Source: Roseovarius sp. (lineage in GTDB: Bacteria; Pseudomonadota; Alphaproteobacteria; Rhodobacterales; Rhodobacteraceae). Taken from it: 64,000 nt of DNA. The notes beneath the pieces were generated by a model. It made no database searches, had not been told where the DNA came from, and was given only the letters and a program-made list of their open reading frames with translations. The DNA lies in assembly GCA_041685205.1 (NCBI GenBank), contig JAWLGF010000002.1:16477-80476 (forward strand), in the 5' to 3' direction. Positions 30,850-41,580 of this stretch are shown one piece after another. The first letter of the stretch is position 1; every line of letters begins with the position of its first letter. A program made the translations under genes and the position numbers.

Positions 30850-31302
30850 ATGACACGCGACCCGACCCCTTGCGACGAGGTTATGCACGCATCCTGCGTC
30901 GCGGTGGGTCCGCGCGCGGTGCTGATCCGGGGCGGGTCGGGGCGCGGCAAGTCGGGGCTCGCCTTGCAGCTCATGGCGATGGGGGCCGTGCTTGTCTCGG
31001 ACGATCGCACGCGGCTCTGGCGGGTGGATGAGACCCTGTTCGCCGATGCGCCCGATACGATCCGCGGCCGGATCGAGGCGCGGGGCGTCGGCATCTTGCG
31101 GGTGCCTTCATGTGGCCCGGTGCCCGTCACCCTCCTGGTCGACATGGACCGAACCGCAACCGACCGCTTGCCGCAGACCATGAAAGAAAGCATCATGGGC
31201 GTGACGCTGCCGCGCGTGGAAAACGCCGCGCATGTCCATTTCCCGGCTGCACTTCTGCTTTATCTGAAGCATCCCGGGCAGGATCAGTTCGGGATGCCTT
31301 GA
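30850..31302 (+). CDS. hprK: HPr kinase (short alphaproteobacterial form)
   Basis: [17 protein letters not shown] and IEARGVGI motifs. Confidence 0.88.
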   Translation: MTRDPTPCDEVMHASCVAVGPRAVLIRGGSGRGKSGLALQLMAMGAVLVSDDRTRLWRVDETLFADAPDTIRGRIEARGVGILRVPSCGPVPVTLLVDMDRTATDRLPQTMKESIMGVTLPRVENAAHVHFPAALLLYLKHPGQDQFGMP

Positions 31303-31304
31303 TC

Positions 31305-32213
31305 ATGATCGATGACGGTTCCATCGCACCCGATCGGGTGCCGCCGCATCTGGTGCTTGTCACCGGCCCGTCCGGGGCGGGGCGCAGCACCGCGATCCGG
31401 GCGCTGGAGGATCTGGGATTCGAGGCGATTGACAACATGCCCTTCAGCCTGCTGCCGCGTCTGATCGACGGGCGATCGCCGCCGGACAGGCCGATTGCGC
31501 TCGGTCTGGACGTGCGAAATCGGGACTTCTCCAGCGATGCGCTGACGCGCCTGATCGAGCGTTTCGACGCCAATCCCTCCCTGCGGCCTCTGGTGCTTTA
31601 TCTGGATTGCCGCCCCGAGACCCTGCAGCAGCGGTTCTCGGAGACACGCCGCCGGCATCCGCTGGCACCCGATGGACAGGTGGACGCCGGAATCGCCCGC
31701 GAGTTCGATCTGCTCGTGTCGGTCCGTGTGCGCGCCGATCTGCTGATCGATACCTCCGTCATGTCGCCGCATGATCTGCGTGCCGAGCTGGCGCGCTGGT
31801 TCTTCCTGTCGGACGGGCAAAGGCTGGCCGTTTCGGTCCATTCTTTCTCCTACAAGCGCGGCCTGCCGCCTGGGCTGGACATTGTGCTCGATTGCCGGTT
31901 TCTGAACAATCCTCACTGGCAGCCGGCGCTGCGCGGACAGGACGGGCGCGCGCCGGAGGTCGCGCGCTTCGTGGTCGCCGATCCGCGGTTCGACAGCTTC
32001 CACGCCCGGGTGACGGATCTGGTGGGGGAATTGCTGCCCGCCTTCGAGGCCGAGGGTAAATCCTATCTCTCGATCGGGTTTGGATGTACCGGCGGGCAGC
32101 ATCGCAGCGTGGTCATGGCCGAAAGTCTCGCCCAAAGCCTTGCACAGCGCGACTGGCAGGTGTCAATAAGGCATCGCGAACTGGAGCGACGCGGCGAGGG
32201 TGGCATTCGCTGA
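31305..32213 (+). CDS. rapZ: RNase adapter RapZ family P-loop protein
   Basis: [24 protein letters not shown] and [10 protein letters not shown] motifs. Confidence 0.92.
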   Translation: MIDDGSIAPDRVPPHLVLVTGPSGAGRSTAIRALEDLGFEAIDNMPFSLLPRLIDGRSPPDRPIALGLDVRNRDFSSDALTRLIERFDANPSLRPLVLYLDCRPETLQQRFSETRRRHPLAPDGQVDAGIAREFDLLVSVRVRADLLIDTSVMSPHDLRAELARWFFLSDGQRLAVSVHSFSYKRGLPPGLDIVLDCRFLNNPHWQPALRGQDGRAPEVARFVVADPRFDSFHARVTDLVGELLPAFEAEGKSYLSIGFGCTGGQHRSVVMAESLAQSLAQRDWQVSIRHRELERRGEGGIR

Positions 32214-32232
32214 CCAGAGGAGTGAACGGGTC

Positions 32233-32625
32233 GTGATCGGCATAGTCATCGTGGCGCATGGCGGCCTTGCCCGCGAATACCTGAACGCGGTCGAGCATGT
32301 CGTCGGCGTGCAGCCGGGCATTCGGGCGATCAGCATAGAGGAGGGCCATGATCGGGGCCGCAAGCAGGACGAGATCTGTGCGGCAGCCGATGCGGTGGAC
32401 AGCGGCGATGGCGTGATCCTCGTGACCGACATCTTCGGCGGCTCGCCGTCGAATCTCGCGATGCGCGCGGGACGTCCTGATAACCGGCGTATCCTTTACG
32501 GAGCCAATCTGCCGCTCCTGATCAAGCTGGCGAAAAGCCGCAATGTCAGCGTGCCCGAGGCCGTGCGCGCAGCACTCGAAGCCGGTCGCAAATATATCGA
32601 CAGTCACAACGTGACCCCGGACTGA
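32233..32625 (+). CDS. PTS EIIA, mannose/fructose type
   Basis: IGIVIVAHGGLA, TDIFGGSPSN and GANLPLL motifs. Confidence 0.9.
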   Translation: MIGIVIVAHGGLAREYLNAVEHVVGVQPGIRAISIEEGHDRGRKQDEICAAADAVDSGDGVILVTDIFGGSPSNLAMRAGRPDNRRILYGANLPLLIKLAKSRNVSVPEAVRAALEAGRKYIDSHNVTPD

Positions 32626-32647
32626 ATTGACAAGGAGAAACGCTGGC

Positions 32648-32926
32648 ATGGCTGACAAGGTCTCGCGGCAATTGCAGATCGTGAACGAAAAGGGGCTGCA
32701 TGCGCGCGCCGCCGCGAAACTGGTCGAGGTGGTCGAAGGCTTCGATGCCAGCGTCGAGGTGGCCCTTGACGGGCAGAGCGCATCCGGCGACAGCATCATG
32801 GGGCTTTTGATGTTGGCAGCGGCCAAGGGAACCATTATTGACGTCGAAATCGCGGGGTCCGACGCCGAGCCGCTTGCCGACGCGATCACGGCGCTCGTCG
32901 CTGCGCGGTTTGGCGAGGACATGTGA
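32648..32926 (+). CDS. ptsH: HPr/NPr phosphocarrier
   Basis: GLHARAAAK and SIMGLLML motifs. Confidence 0.9.
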   Translation: MADKVSRQLQIVNEKGLHARAAAKLVEVVEGFDASVEVALDGQSASGDSIMGLLMLAAAKGTIIDVEIAGSDAEPLADAITALVAARFGEDM

Positions 32927-32975
32927 CCGCGCCGGACAACCGCCGGTCGCAAATTGGTGGGACGGGAACGGTTCA

Positions 32976-33893
32976 TTGAACACCAGCGCGCGAAAAAAAT
33001 CTGACACTGCGGCGCATGACGCGGGTAAACCCCGGACACATGACCGGCGTAGTATCACCTATGCCAACAGTTTCGACGGTCCGCTGACCTCTGGTTTCAT
33101 CCGCGCGCTGGAATGGATGACCGGAAAGATGACCATCATCCGCATGATCCGCCGTTTCGAGAAGACCGGTCCGCCAAGCGGACAGGCCTTCTGGCGTGCC
33201 GCGCTCGACATCATGGGCATCCCACTGCTCACGCCCGATGAGCAGATCCGCAACATCCCCGCCGACGGCCCTGTCGTGCTGGTGGCCAACCATCCGCATG
33301 GTCTGGTGGATGGCATGGTGCTTGCCGATCTGATCGGCCGGCGGCGCACGGATTTCAAGATCCTGTCGCGCGCGCTGTTGATCGGGATCGACGAGGTGGC
33401 GGCGTCCTACATGATCTCGGTGCCGTTCCCGCACGAACCCGAGGCACAGCGCAAATCGGTCGAGATGCGCGCCAAGGCGATGGCGCATCTCAAGGAGGGG
33501 GGGTTGATCAGCGTTTTTCCGTCAGGCGTGGTGGCGTCGTCGGACACGATGTTCGGCCCGGCGGTTGAGCGTGACTGGAACGTGTTCACCGCCCAGATGA
33601 TCCGCCGTTCGGGCGCGAAGGTGGTACCGGTGTTCTTCCCCGGCGCCAATTCCCGCTGGTACCAGATCGCCAATCGTTTTTCCGCCACATTGCGACAGGG
33701 CCTGTTGCTGCACGAGGTGGTGCATAGCTGCTACCACCCGCAAAAGCCCATCGTCGGCGCGCCGATCGACGCCGCGCAGATGCAGATGCTTGCCAGCGAT
33801 CCGCGCGGATTCATGGACTGGCTGCGCGCGCACACGTTGTCTCTGGGTGACACTTCGGGCGGTTCGTGCCCTACCGGCCCCAAAGATTCGTGA
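32976..33893 (+). CDS. Lysophospholipid/glycerol acyltransferase family protein
   Basis: NHPHGLVD (HxxxxD) and FPSG motifs; start uncertain (TTG). Confidence 0.85.
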   Translation: MNTSARKKSDTAAHDAGKPRTHDRRSITYANSFDGPLTSGFIRALEWMTGKMTIIRMIRRFEKTGPPSGQAFWRAALDIMGIPLLTPDEQIRNIPADGPVVLVANHPHGLVDGMVLADLIGRRRTDFKILSRALLIGIDEVAASYMISVPFPHEPEAQRKSVEMRAKAMAHLKEGGLISVFPSGVVASSDTMFGPAVERDWNVFTAQMIRRSGAKVVPVFFPGANSRWYQIANRFSATLRQGLLLHEVVHSCYHPQKPIVGAPIDAAQMQMLASDPRGFMDWLRAHTLSLGDTSGGSCPTGPKDS

Positions 33894-33908
33894 GACGCGT
33901 GCGCCGCG

Positions 33909-34289
33909 TCACTCGATCTGCTGGCCCTCCTCGACTTCGAATGTTTCCATTCTGTCGCCATTGATCCACGCGTATCCGCCGTCCGGAAGATCGACCATGC
34001 TGTAGGGTGTCCAACCGGTGCTGCGCCACCAGCTTTCGTATATGCCTTGCTCGGGATCGACGCGCCAGCGCCCTTCGGCGCGCTTGCCGTCACTCGGGAC
34101 GTATATCGTCTCACCGTCCTCGGCGAAATACTGGTGGTAGCGATCCGCGCCCCACACCCCTTCGATTGTGTTTCCGGCGAGCACGTCCTCGATCTCGGAC
34201 GCACTCATGCTCTGCGCCATGGCCGGCGTGGCAAGTGCCGGCAGCAGCGTAAACGCCATCAGTGTTACGAAAAATTCGTGATGTTTCAT
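33909..34289 (-). CDS. Secreted hypothetical beta-rich protein
   Basis: Signal peptide ending AMA; LAGNT..QYF.EDG.T.Y..GRWRV pattern. Confidence 0.7.
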   Translation of the reverse strand: MKHHEFFVTLMAFTLLPALATPAMAQSMSASEIEDVLAGNTIEGVWGADRYHQYFAEDGETIYVPSDGKRAEGRWRVDPEQGIYESWWRSTGWTPYSMVDLPDGGYAWINGDRMETFEVEEGQQIE

Positions 34290-34360
34290 TTGTCATCCCC
34301 CGTTGGATAAAGCGGAGTATTGCAAATTATCAGAAAAATTGCGAATCGAATCAAGTCAAG

Positions 34361-35641
34361 TCAGCGCGTTGCGACGGGTTGTTCGACAGGAGCGACAAGA
34401 ATGGCGCGGAAGTCGTTGATATTGGTCAGGGTCGGTCCGGTGATGACCTGATCATCGAGCGCCGCGAACACGCCGTGCGCGTCATTGCGGGCAAGGCTCT
34501 GCGCCGGATCGACCCCAAGCGCCACGGCCCGCGACAGGGTGTCCGGTCCGATCACCGCACCGGCCACCTCGGCGGCCCCGTCCACGCCGTCGGTGTCGCA
34601 GGCGATGGCATGGATGCCCGGCGCGCACTTCAGCGCCATTGCCAGGGCCAGCGCGTATTCGGCATTCGGCCCACCGATTCCGTCACCGCGTCGCGTGACG
34701 GTCAACTCTCCGCCCGACAGCAAAAGCCGAGCTGCCGAGCCCGGCGCCAGCGACGTCTGCGCTGCGCGTGCGAGATCCGCGTGATGCTGTGCGACATCCC
34801 GTGCCTCGCCCTCTATCGCGTCGCCGAGGATCTCGACCGTCAGGCCTTGTGCGCGGGCCAGCTCGGCGGCGGCGTCAAGTGACTGGGCGGGGGCTGCGTA
34901 AATTATGTTGCCGGTCCGGCTTAGCCGTTCATCATCGGGGGCTATAACGCGTGTCGGCTGTTCCAGAACGGCTTGCGCCGCTGGCGGCAGGTCGACACCG
35001 AACCGCTTGGCGATGGCCCGCGCATCCTCAGCCGTGCTCGCCTCGCCGACGGTGGGCCCCGAGCCGATCATCGCCGGATCATCGCCGGGCACATCCGAGA
35101 TCATAAGCGCCAGCATCCGCGCGGGCCAGGCCGCCGCGGCCAGCTGTCCGCCCTTCACCCGGCTGATATGTTTGCGCAGCACATTCATCGGACCGATCGG
35201 TGCGCCCGAGGCCAGCAGGGCCGCGTTGATCGCCTGTTTCTCGGCCAGCGTAATATTGCCCGCTGGCTGAACAAGCAGCGCCGAGGCGCCACCAGAGATC
35301 AGCGCCAGCACCTGATCGTGCTCACCTAGCCCGTGCAGCAGTTCGAGCATCCGCCCGGTCGCGCGCGCGCCGGACTCGTCGGGCACGGGATGCGCGGCCT
35401 CGACGATCTCGACGCCGCGACAGGGCCGGGCGTGTCCGTAGCGCGTGATCACGAGGCCCTCGCAGGGGCCATACGCCGCCTCGACCGCTTCGGCCATGCG
35501 CGCGCTCGCCTTGCCGGCCCCAACGACCACCAGCCGTCCGTCTGGCCGCGGTGGCAGGTAGTCGGCAAGGCTCTGCATCGGGTCGGCCACGGCCACGGCC
35601 CTGTCGAATAGCGCGCGCAGCAAGGGCCGGGGATCTGTCAT
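34361..35641 (-). CDS. Glycerate kinase type 2 (MOFRL/TtuD family)
   Basis: GAGKAS, AAHPVPD, SGGASAL, SDVPGDD, GGE.TV, DTDGVDG and TNINDFR motifs; ATGA overlap with thrS. Confidence 0.9.
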   Translation of the reverse strand: MTDPRPLLRALFDRAVAVADPMQSLADYLPPRPDGRLVVVGAGKASARMAEAVEAAYGPCEGLVITRYGHARPCRGVEIVEAAHPVPDESGARATGRMLELLHGLGEHDQVLALISGGASALLVQPAGNITLAEKQAINAALLASGAPIGPMNVLRKHISRVKGGQLAAAAWPARMLALMISDVPGDDPAMIGSGPTVGEASTAEDARAIAKRFGVDLPPAAQAVLEQPTRVIAPDDERLSRTGNIIYAAPAQSLDAAAELARAQGLTVEILGDAIEGEARDVAQHHADLARAAQTSLAPGSAARLLLSGGELTVTRRGDGIGGPNAEYALALAMALKCAPGIHAIACDTDGVDGAAEVAGAVIGPDTLSRAVALGVDPAQSLARNDAHGVFAALDDQVITGPTLTNINDFRAILVAPVEQPVATR

Positions 35642-37590
35642 GCGGGCCGCCGATCCGGCGGGGTAGCCTCGGCGGCAAGCTCGTGCGCCATCTCGTCGAG
35701 GCCGCGGACGCGGGTCTGTTTTTCCCCAAGGCGTCGCACCGACAAGGTGCGATCCTCGACCTCGCGGTGGCCGCAGGCAAGGATCACCGGTACCTTGCCG
35801 ACGGAGTGTTCGCGCACCTTGTAGTTGATCTTTTCGTTGCGGGTATCGGCCTCGGCGCGGAGGCCGAGCCTGGTCAGCCGGTCCACGACCTCGTGCACAT
35901 AGCTGTCGGCCTCTGACGTGATCGAGGCGACCACCACCTGACGCGGCGCCAGCCAGAAGGGCAGGCGGCCCTCGTGTTCCTCGATGAGGATACCGATGAA
36001 CCGCTCGAAACTGCCGAGCGTGGCACGGTGCAGCATGTAGGGCAGGTGCCTTGCGCCATCCTGCCCGATATAGCTTGCCCCAAGCCGTTCCGGCAGGTTC
36101 GCATCGACCTGAAGCGTGCCGCATTGCCACTCGCGCCCGATCGCGTCGGTCAGCGTGAACTCCAGTTTCGGCCCGTAGAACGCGCCTTCGCCCTCCAGCA
36201 ATTCATAGTCGTAGCCGGCCGCGTTGCAGGCCTCGCCAAGGGCCTTTTCCATGAAGTCCCAGTTTGCGTCGCTGCCGATGCGCTTCTCGGGGCGGGTCGA
36301 CAGCTTGATGGTCCAGTCGTGAAAGCCGAGATCGGCGTAAATGGTCGACAGGAACGCGATGAACCGCGCGGTTTCGGGCGCGATCTGCGCCTCGGTGCAG
36401 AAGATGTGGCCATCGTCCTGGGTAAAGCCCCGCACGCGCATGATGCCGTGCAGGGCGCCTGACGGCTCGTAACGCGCGCAGGATCCGAACTCGGCCATGC
36501 GCAGCGGCAGGTCGCGGTAGGATTTCAGACCCTGGTTGAAGATCTGCACGTGGCAGGGGCAGTTCATCGGTTTGAGCGCGTTGACGGCTTTCTCGCGGGC
36601 GTGATCCTCGTCCACCTCCACGATGAACATGTTGTCCTGATACTTGTCCCAGTGCCCCGAGGCTTCCCAAAGCTTGCGGTCCACCACCTGCGGCGTGTTC
36701 ACCTCGACATAGCCGCCGCGCGTCTGCTGCCGGCGCATGTAGTCCTGCAGCGTGGTGTAGATGCTCCAGCCGTTGGGGTGCCAGAAGATCTGGCCGGGCG
36801 CCTCTTCCTGCATGTGAAACAGGGTCATCTCGCGGCCAAGTTTACGATGGTCGCGGCGCTCGGCCTCTTCGAGGAAGGTGAGATACGCCTTGAGCTTGTC
36901 GCGGTTCTGGAAGGCGACGCCGTAGATGCGTTGCAGCATCGGGCGGCTGCTGTCGCCGCGCCAGTAGGCGCCCGCGACGCTCATCAGCTTGAAGGCGTCG
37001 GCGGGCACCTGGCCGGTATGTTGCAGATGCGGGCCGCGACACAGGTCTTGCCAGTGCCCGTGCCAATACATGCGCAGCGGCTCGTCTCCGGGGATCGCGT
37101 CGATCAGCTCGACCTTGAACGGCTCGTTCTGCGCCTCGTAATGTGCGATGGCGCGGGCGCGGTCCCAGACCTCGGTGGTGACCGGATCACGCGCCGCGAT
37201 GATCTCTTTCATCTTCGCCTCGATGCGGCCCAGATCCTCGGGGGTGAAGGGCTCGGCCCGGTCGAAATCGTAATACCAGCCGTTCCGGATGACCGGGCCG
37301 ATGGTGACCTTCACCTCGGGCCAGATCTCCTGCACGGCGCGCGCCATGATATGGGCAAGATCATGCCGGATCAGTTCCAGCGCCGGGGCCTCGTCCTTCA
37401 TCGTGTTGATGGAGATGGCGGCATCCCGCGGGATCGGCCATTGCAGATCCCAGTGCTGCCCATCGACATGCGCCGAGATGGCCTTCTTCGCCAGCGATGT
37501 CGAGATGTCGGCGGCGACCTCGGCGGGCGTCACGCCGGCGGGATAGCTGCGCGCATTGCCATCGGGAAATCTCAGGGAGATGTCGGTCAT
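35638..37590 (-). CDS. thrS: Threonine-tRNA ligase
   Basis: TGS domain; [31 protein letters not shown] and EGAFYGPK motifs. Confidence 0.98.
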   Translation of the reverse strand: MTDISLRFPDGNARSYPAGVTPAEVAADISTSLAKKAISAHVDGQHWDLQWPIPRDAAISINTMKDEAPALELIRHDLAHIMARAVQEIWPEVKVTIGPVIRNGWYYDFDRAEPFTPEDLGRIEAKMKEIIAARDPVTTEVWDRARAIAHYEAQNEPFKVELIDAIPGDEPLRMYWHGHWQDLCRGPHLQHTGQVPADAFKLMSVAGAYWRGDSSRPMLQRIYGVAFQNRDKLKAYLTFLEEAERRDHRKLGREMTLFHMQEEAPGQIFWHPNGWSIYTTLQDYMRRQQTRGGYVEVNTPQVVDRKLWEASGHWDKYQDNMFIVEVDEDHAREKAVNALKPMNCPCHVQIFNQGLKSYRDLPLRMAEFGSCARYEPSGALHGIMRVRGFTQDDGHIFCTEAQIAPETARFIAFLSTIYADLGFHDWTIKLSTRPEKRIGSDANWDFMEKALGEACNAAGYDYELLEGEGAFYGPKLEFTLTDAIGREWQCGTLQVDANLPERLGASYIGQDGARHLPYMLHRATLGSFERFIGILIEEHEGRLPFWLAPRQVVVASITSEADSYVHEVVDRLTRLGLRAEADTRNEKINYKVREHSVGKVPVILACGHREVEDRTLSVRRLGEKQTRVRGLDEMAHELAAEATPPDRRPA

Positions 37591-37735
37591 TGTCATTCTC
37601 CTCGTCGGTCCGGCGCCCACGAAACGCCCGGTTGCGGGTTGAAATTTCTAATGCCCGGCGCGACGCTCGGCGTCAAGGGTCCCCGGCGCTGTATGCGATC
37701 GTATGGAATTAACCGACTGAAAAAATGCGAAAAAC

Positions 37736-37767
37736 CTTTGGATCCGGCGCAAATGGGGTCTATAGAT
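37736..37767 (+). promoter_or_regulatory. Putative RpoH-type promoter
   Basis: CTTTG...GTCTATAGAT about 75 bp before the 78-aa gene. Confidence 0.4.
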
Positions 37768-37841
37768 GTCCCATGATCTCTTGCCGTCTGCGTGTCGCAG
37801 AGCGCCGCTGCAAGCCCCCGCATTCCTAAGGAGCACAGACC

Positions 37842-38078
37842 ATGCCGAGCTACAATTCGAAGTTTGACTTGTCCATTGCGGATATCGACCTGATCGAGGC
37901 GGCGCTGCAACAAAAGCGCGCGGAACTGTCGGCGAAGGTCGTGACCAAGGAGGGCGTCAAGAACAGCGCCGAATCCGAAGCGGACAAGACGCTGCGGCAC
38001 ATCCACGACCTTCTGGGACGGCTGCACAATCAAAAGGTGTTCTATCGGCCGCGCCGCGGGGCCTATGTCGGCGGGTAG
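37842..38078 (+). CDS. Small hypothetical protein (helical, C-terminus YVGG)
   Basis: AAGGAG RBS; strongly biased codon use; LLGRLHNQKVFYRP motif. Confidence 0.8.
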   Translation: MPSYNSKFDLSIADIDLIEAALQQKRAELSAKVVTKEGVKNSAESEADKTLRHIHDLLGRLHNQKVFYRPRRGAYVGG

Positions 38079-38189
38079 GCGTCCGGCGGCAGCATTGGCC
38101 GAGCGGATGATGCACAAGGGATCGTGACCCCGTTTGCGGATGTCGCGCATATCAGGCACGGTCTCATCGAACGCAGCAAAAGGGGTATC

Positions 38190-38939
38190 ATGCCGCCATC
38201 CCGCCTGACCACACCCGCCGGCCGCACGCTTGCCTATCATCAGACCAACGGGGCAGGACCGGGGGTCGTGTTTCTCGGTGGGTTCAAGTCCGACATGGAG
38301 GGCACCAAGGCGCTCTGGCTGGAAGACTGGGCGCGCGATGCGGGCCGGGCCTTTCTTCGGTTCGACTATTCGGGACATGGCGAATCGTCTGGCGCATTCA
38401 CCGACGGGTCGATCGGCGACTGGACGGCGGACGCGCGCGCGGTGATCGACGCGGTGACGACAGGTCCGCAGATCCTCGTCGGGTCATCGATGGGCGGCTG
38501 GATCGCGCTGCTTCTGGCGCGCGACAATCCTGAGCTTGCGGCGGGCCTTGTCACCGTCGCCGCCGCCCCGGATTTCACCGAAGATGCCATGTGGGCCGGT
38601 TTCGATGCCGACCAGCGCGCGGCGCTTCTGGCGGATGGGCAGGTGGCGCTGCCGAGTGAGTACGGCGATCCCTACGTCATCACGCGCCGCTTGATCGAGG
38701 ATGGGCGCGATCATCTGGTTCTGCGCAGCCCGCTTGAGCTGCCGTTTCCAGTGCGGTTCCTGCAAGGCAGCGCCGACGCGGACGTGGACATGTCGGTGGC
38801 TCTGCGGCTTCTCGACCATGCGCGCGGGCCGGATATGCGCCTGACGCTGGTCAAGGGGGCGGATCACCGGTTTTCCGATCCCGAGTGTCTGGCGATGATC
38901 GGCAAGGCCATCGATGAGGTGAGTGCAGCGTCATCTTGA
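38190..38939 (+). CDS. Alpha/beta hydrolase
   Basis: GFKSDM.GTKA, FDYSGHG, GSSMGG and DHRFS motifs. Confidence 0.9.
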   Translation: MPPSRLTTPAGRTLAYHQTNGAGPGVVFLGGFKSDMEGTKALWLEDWARDAGRAFLRFDYSGHGESSGAFTDGSIGDWTADARAVIDAVTTGPQILVGSSMGGWIALLLARDNPELAAGLVTVAAAPDFTEDAMWAGFDADQRAALLADGQVALPSEYGDPYVITRRLIEDGRDHLVLRSPLELPFPVRFLQGSADADVDMSVALRLLDHARGPDMRLTLVKGADHRFSDPECLAMIGKAIDEVSAASS

Positions 38940-38998
38940 CGCCGCCGCGCGGGCAGCGCAGACCGGGGCCATCTTGAAACATTGCCACGGAGCCGCCC

Positions 38999-39697
38999 AT
39001 GACCGACCCGCTTTTCCCCGTCCCCGCCGCGCCGCTGGTTCCCGTCGTGGGCGAACAGGCCGGATATCCGGTGCGTCGCATCTTCTGTATCGGGCGCAAC
39101 TATGCCGCCCACGCCGTCGAGATGGGCAACGAGGTCGATCGCGAGGCGCCGTTCTATTTCACCAAATCCGCGCACACCATCTGCCATAGCGGCGCCGAGA
39201 TCGCCTATCCTCTGGGCACGCAGGATTGTCACCACGAGATGGAACTGGTGGCGGCGCTTGGCGCGCCGGCCTTCCGGGTGACCGAGGCGCAAGCGATGGA
39301 GGCAGTCCTGGGCTTTGCCTGTGGCATCGACCTGACCCGCCGCGACCTTCAGGCCGTGGCCAAGGACAAGCGCCGACCGTGGGATCTGGGCAAGGATTTC
39401 GAGGAGTCGGCTGTCATCGCGGCGATCACCCGCAAGGAAGCGTTCGGCCCGATCGGCGATCAGGCGATCCGGCTGTCGGTGGACGGCAAATTGCGTCAGG
39501 ACGCAAAGCTCTCGGACATGATCTGGTCCGTGCCCGAGATGATCGCGGATCTGTCGCGCTACTACCATCTTCAGCCGGGCGACCTGATCTATACCGGCAC
39601 CCCGGCCGGTGTCGGCCCGGTTGTCCCCGGCAACGTCCTGCTGGGCGAGATCGACGGGCTGACCCCGCTGCATCTGGGCATCACGTCGCCGGAGTGA
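38999..39697 (+). CDS. Fumarylacetoacetate hydrolase family protein
   Basis: CIGRNYAAH, HHEMEL, DLTRRDLQ and TGTPAGVG motifs. Confidence 0.9.
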   Translation: MTDPLFPVPAAPLVPVVGEQAGYPVRRIFCIGRNYAAHAVEMGNEVDREAPFYFTKSAHTICHSGAEIAYPLGTQDCHHEMELVAALGAPAFRVTEAQAMEAVLGFACGIDLTRRDLQAVAKDKRRPWDLGKDFEESAVIAAITRKEAFGPIGDQAIRLSVDGKLRQDAKLSDMIWSVPEMIADLSRYYHLQPGDLIYTGTPAGVGPVVPGNVLLGEIDGLTPLHLGITSPE

Positions 39698-39704
39698 TTC
39701 CCGT

Positions 39705-39736
39705 CACATGCCCCCGCGAAGCCGCGGGGGCATGTG
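39705..39736. terminator. Perfect 14-bp hairpin between convergent genes
   Basis: CACATGCCCCCGCG-AAGC-CGCGGGGGCATGTG; no U-tract. Confidence 0.6.
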
Positions 39737-39745
39737 CGAAATGGC

Positions 39746-41434
39746 TCAGCCCAGCAGGCGGCGCGCGACGACCTGCGCCTGTATCTCCGCCGCGCCCTCG
39801 AAGATGTTGAGGATGCGCGCGTCGCACAGGATGCGGCTGATCGAGTATTCCAAGGCAAAGCCGTTGCCGCCATGGATCTGCACGCCATTGTCGGCCGCCG
39901 CCCAGGCCACACGCGCGCCCAGAAGCTTGGCCATCCCGGCCTCAAGATCGCAGCGCCGGCCATTATCCTTTTCCCATGCCGAGAAATAGGTGAGCTGCCG
40001 GGCGATCATAATCTCGACCGCCATCATCGCCAGCTTGCCGCTGACACGCGGGAAGGCAATCAGCGGCTTGCCGAACTGCTTGCGATCCTGGGCGTATTTC
40101 GTCGCCACGTCGAGCGCGGATTGCGCCACTCCGACGGCGCGCGCGGCGGTCTGGATGCGGGCAGACTCGAAGGTCTCCATCAGCTGCTTGAAGCCCTTGC
40201 CCTCCTCAAGGCCCAGAAGGTTCTCGCCCTTGACGTGGAAATTGTCGAAGGCAAGCTCGTGTTCCTGCATGCCGCGATAGCCCAGCACCTCGATTTCGCC
40301 GCCGGTCATGCCGGGCGTCGGAAACGGATCATCGGCGGTGCCCGGGGTCTTTTCGGCCAGGAACATCGACAGGCCACGGTGGTCGGTGGTGTCGGGAACG
40401 GTGCGCGCCAGCAGCGTCATCACCTTGGTGCGCATCGCGTGGGTGATCCAGGTCTTGTTGCCGGTCACCTTCCAGTCGCCGTTCTCGTCCTTGACCGCGC
40501 GGGTGCGAAGGCTGCCAAGGTCGGAGCCGGTATTGGGTTCGGTGAACACGGCTGTCGGAAGGGTCTCGGCGCTGGCGAGCTCGGGCAGCCATTTCTGCTT
40601 TTGTTCTTCGGTGCCGCCGGCGAGGATGAGTTCGGCGGCGATCTCTGATCGGGTACCGAGTGATCCCACGCCGATATAGCCGCGGCTGAGTTCCTCGGAC
40701 ACCACGCACATCGACGCCTTCGACATGCCAAGTCCGCCATACTCCTCGGGGATGGTCAGGCCGAACACGCCCATCTCGGCCAGCTCGTCGATGATCTCCA
40801 TCGGGATCAGCTCATCCTTGAGGTGCCAGTCATGCGCGTAGGGCTCGATCTTCTCGATGGCGAAACGGCGGAACTGCTCGCGGATCATTTCCAGCTCGTC
40901 ATCGAGCCCGCTGCGGCCCACCGTCGTCTCTGCGCTGCGCTCCTGCATGATCTCGACCAGCCGGGTGCGCGCGGCTTGCGTGTTGCCGGCCTGCATCAGC
41001 ATGGCCGCGGCGGGATTCATCGCGATCGCGGCCTCGTCTGCGGCGAGGCCCATGTCCTGCAGGCGCACCATCTCGCCCTGGTTCATCTGGATGCCGCCGG
41101 CGATCTGGTTGAGGTATTCGCCGAACGCGATCTGGTGGATCAACTGTTCCAGCTCACCGAATTGCTCCTGTGCATCGAGGCCCTTGGCCCAGCTCTGCAT
41201 CTGCCGAAGGGCTTCGACATATGTCGCCAGCCAGGCCAACCCATGCGCCGCGGTTTGATGTGCCTCGATCGCAGAACCGGAAATACGCCCGTCCACCGTC
41301 ACCAGTTCGGCGACGGAGGTTCTGGCACGCTCCAGCAACGACTCGCAGGGCTGCAACGCCGAGCCAGTCAGGTCCAGAAGGTCACGCAGAACGATCGACC
41401 GAGCCTGTCCGAGATCCTGTCCGTCATGTGCCAT
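39746..41434 (-). CDS. mcd: (2S)-methylsuccinyl-CoA dehydrogenase (ethylmalonyl-CoA pathway)
   Basis: Acyl-CoA dehydrogenase with long N-terminal extension (HGLAWLATYVEALRQM); TAVFTEPNTGSDL, GGEIEVLGYRGM and IFEGAAEIQA motifs. Confidence 0.82.
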   Translation of the reverse strand: MAHDGQDLGQARSIVLRDLLDLTGSALQPCESLLERARTSVAELVTVDGRISGSAIEAHQTAAHGLAWLATYVEALRQMQSWAKGLDAQEQFGELEQLIHQIAFGEYLNQIAGGIQMNQGEMVRLQDMGLAADEAAIAMNPAAAMLMQAGNTQAARTRLVEIMQERSAETTVGRSGLDDELEMIREQFRRFAIEKIEPYAHDWHLKDELIPMEIIDELAEMGVFGLTIPEEYGGLGMSKASMCVVSEELSRGYIGVGSLGTRSEIAAELILAGGTEEQKQKWLPELASAETLPTAVFTEPNTGSDLGSLRTRAVKDENGDWKVTGNKTWITHAMRTKVMTLLARTVPDTTDHRGLSMFLAEKTPGTADDPFPTPGMTGGEIEVLGYRGMQEHELAFDNFHVKGENLLGLEEGKGFKQLMETFESARIQTAARAVGVAQSALDVATKYAQDRKQFGKPLIAFPRVSGKLAMMAVEIMIARQLTYFSAWEKDNGRRCDLEAGMAKLLGARVAWAAADNGVQIHGGNGFALEYSISRILCDARILNIFEGAAEIQAQVVARRLLG

Positions 41435-41474
41435 TGATCGACTCCTTTGTCCACTCTTCGATCTTCTACCTATC

Positions 41475-41552
41475 TTGCAGGTGCAGCACAACAATTATAC
41501 CAAATGTCGCAGCGTTTTGTTCGATAGTTGCGTCATGATTTGCATGTGCAGC
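41475..41552. promoter_or_regulatory. Direct repeat TTGCA[G/T]GTGCAGC, two copies (PhaR-like operators)
   Basis: 41475-41487 and 41540-41552, 12/13 identical, in the divergent mcd/TauE gap. Confidence 0.5.
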
Positions 41553-41580
41553 GGGTTGGCCGGCGTGCTAGGTGTCTGGC

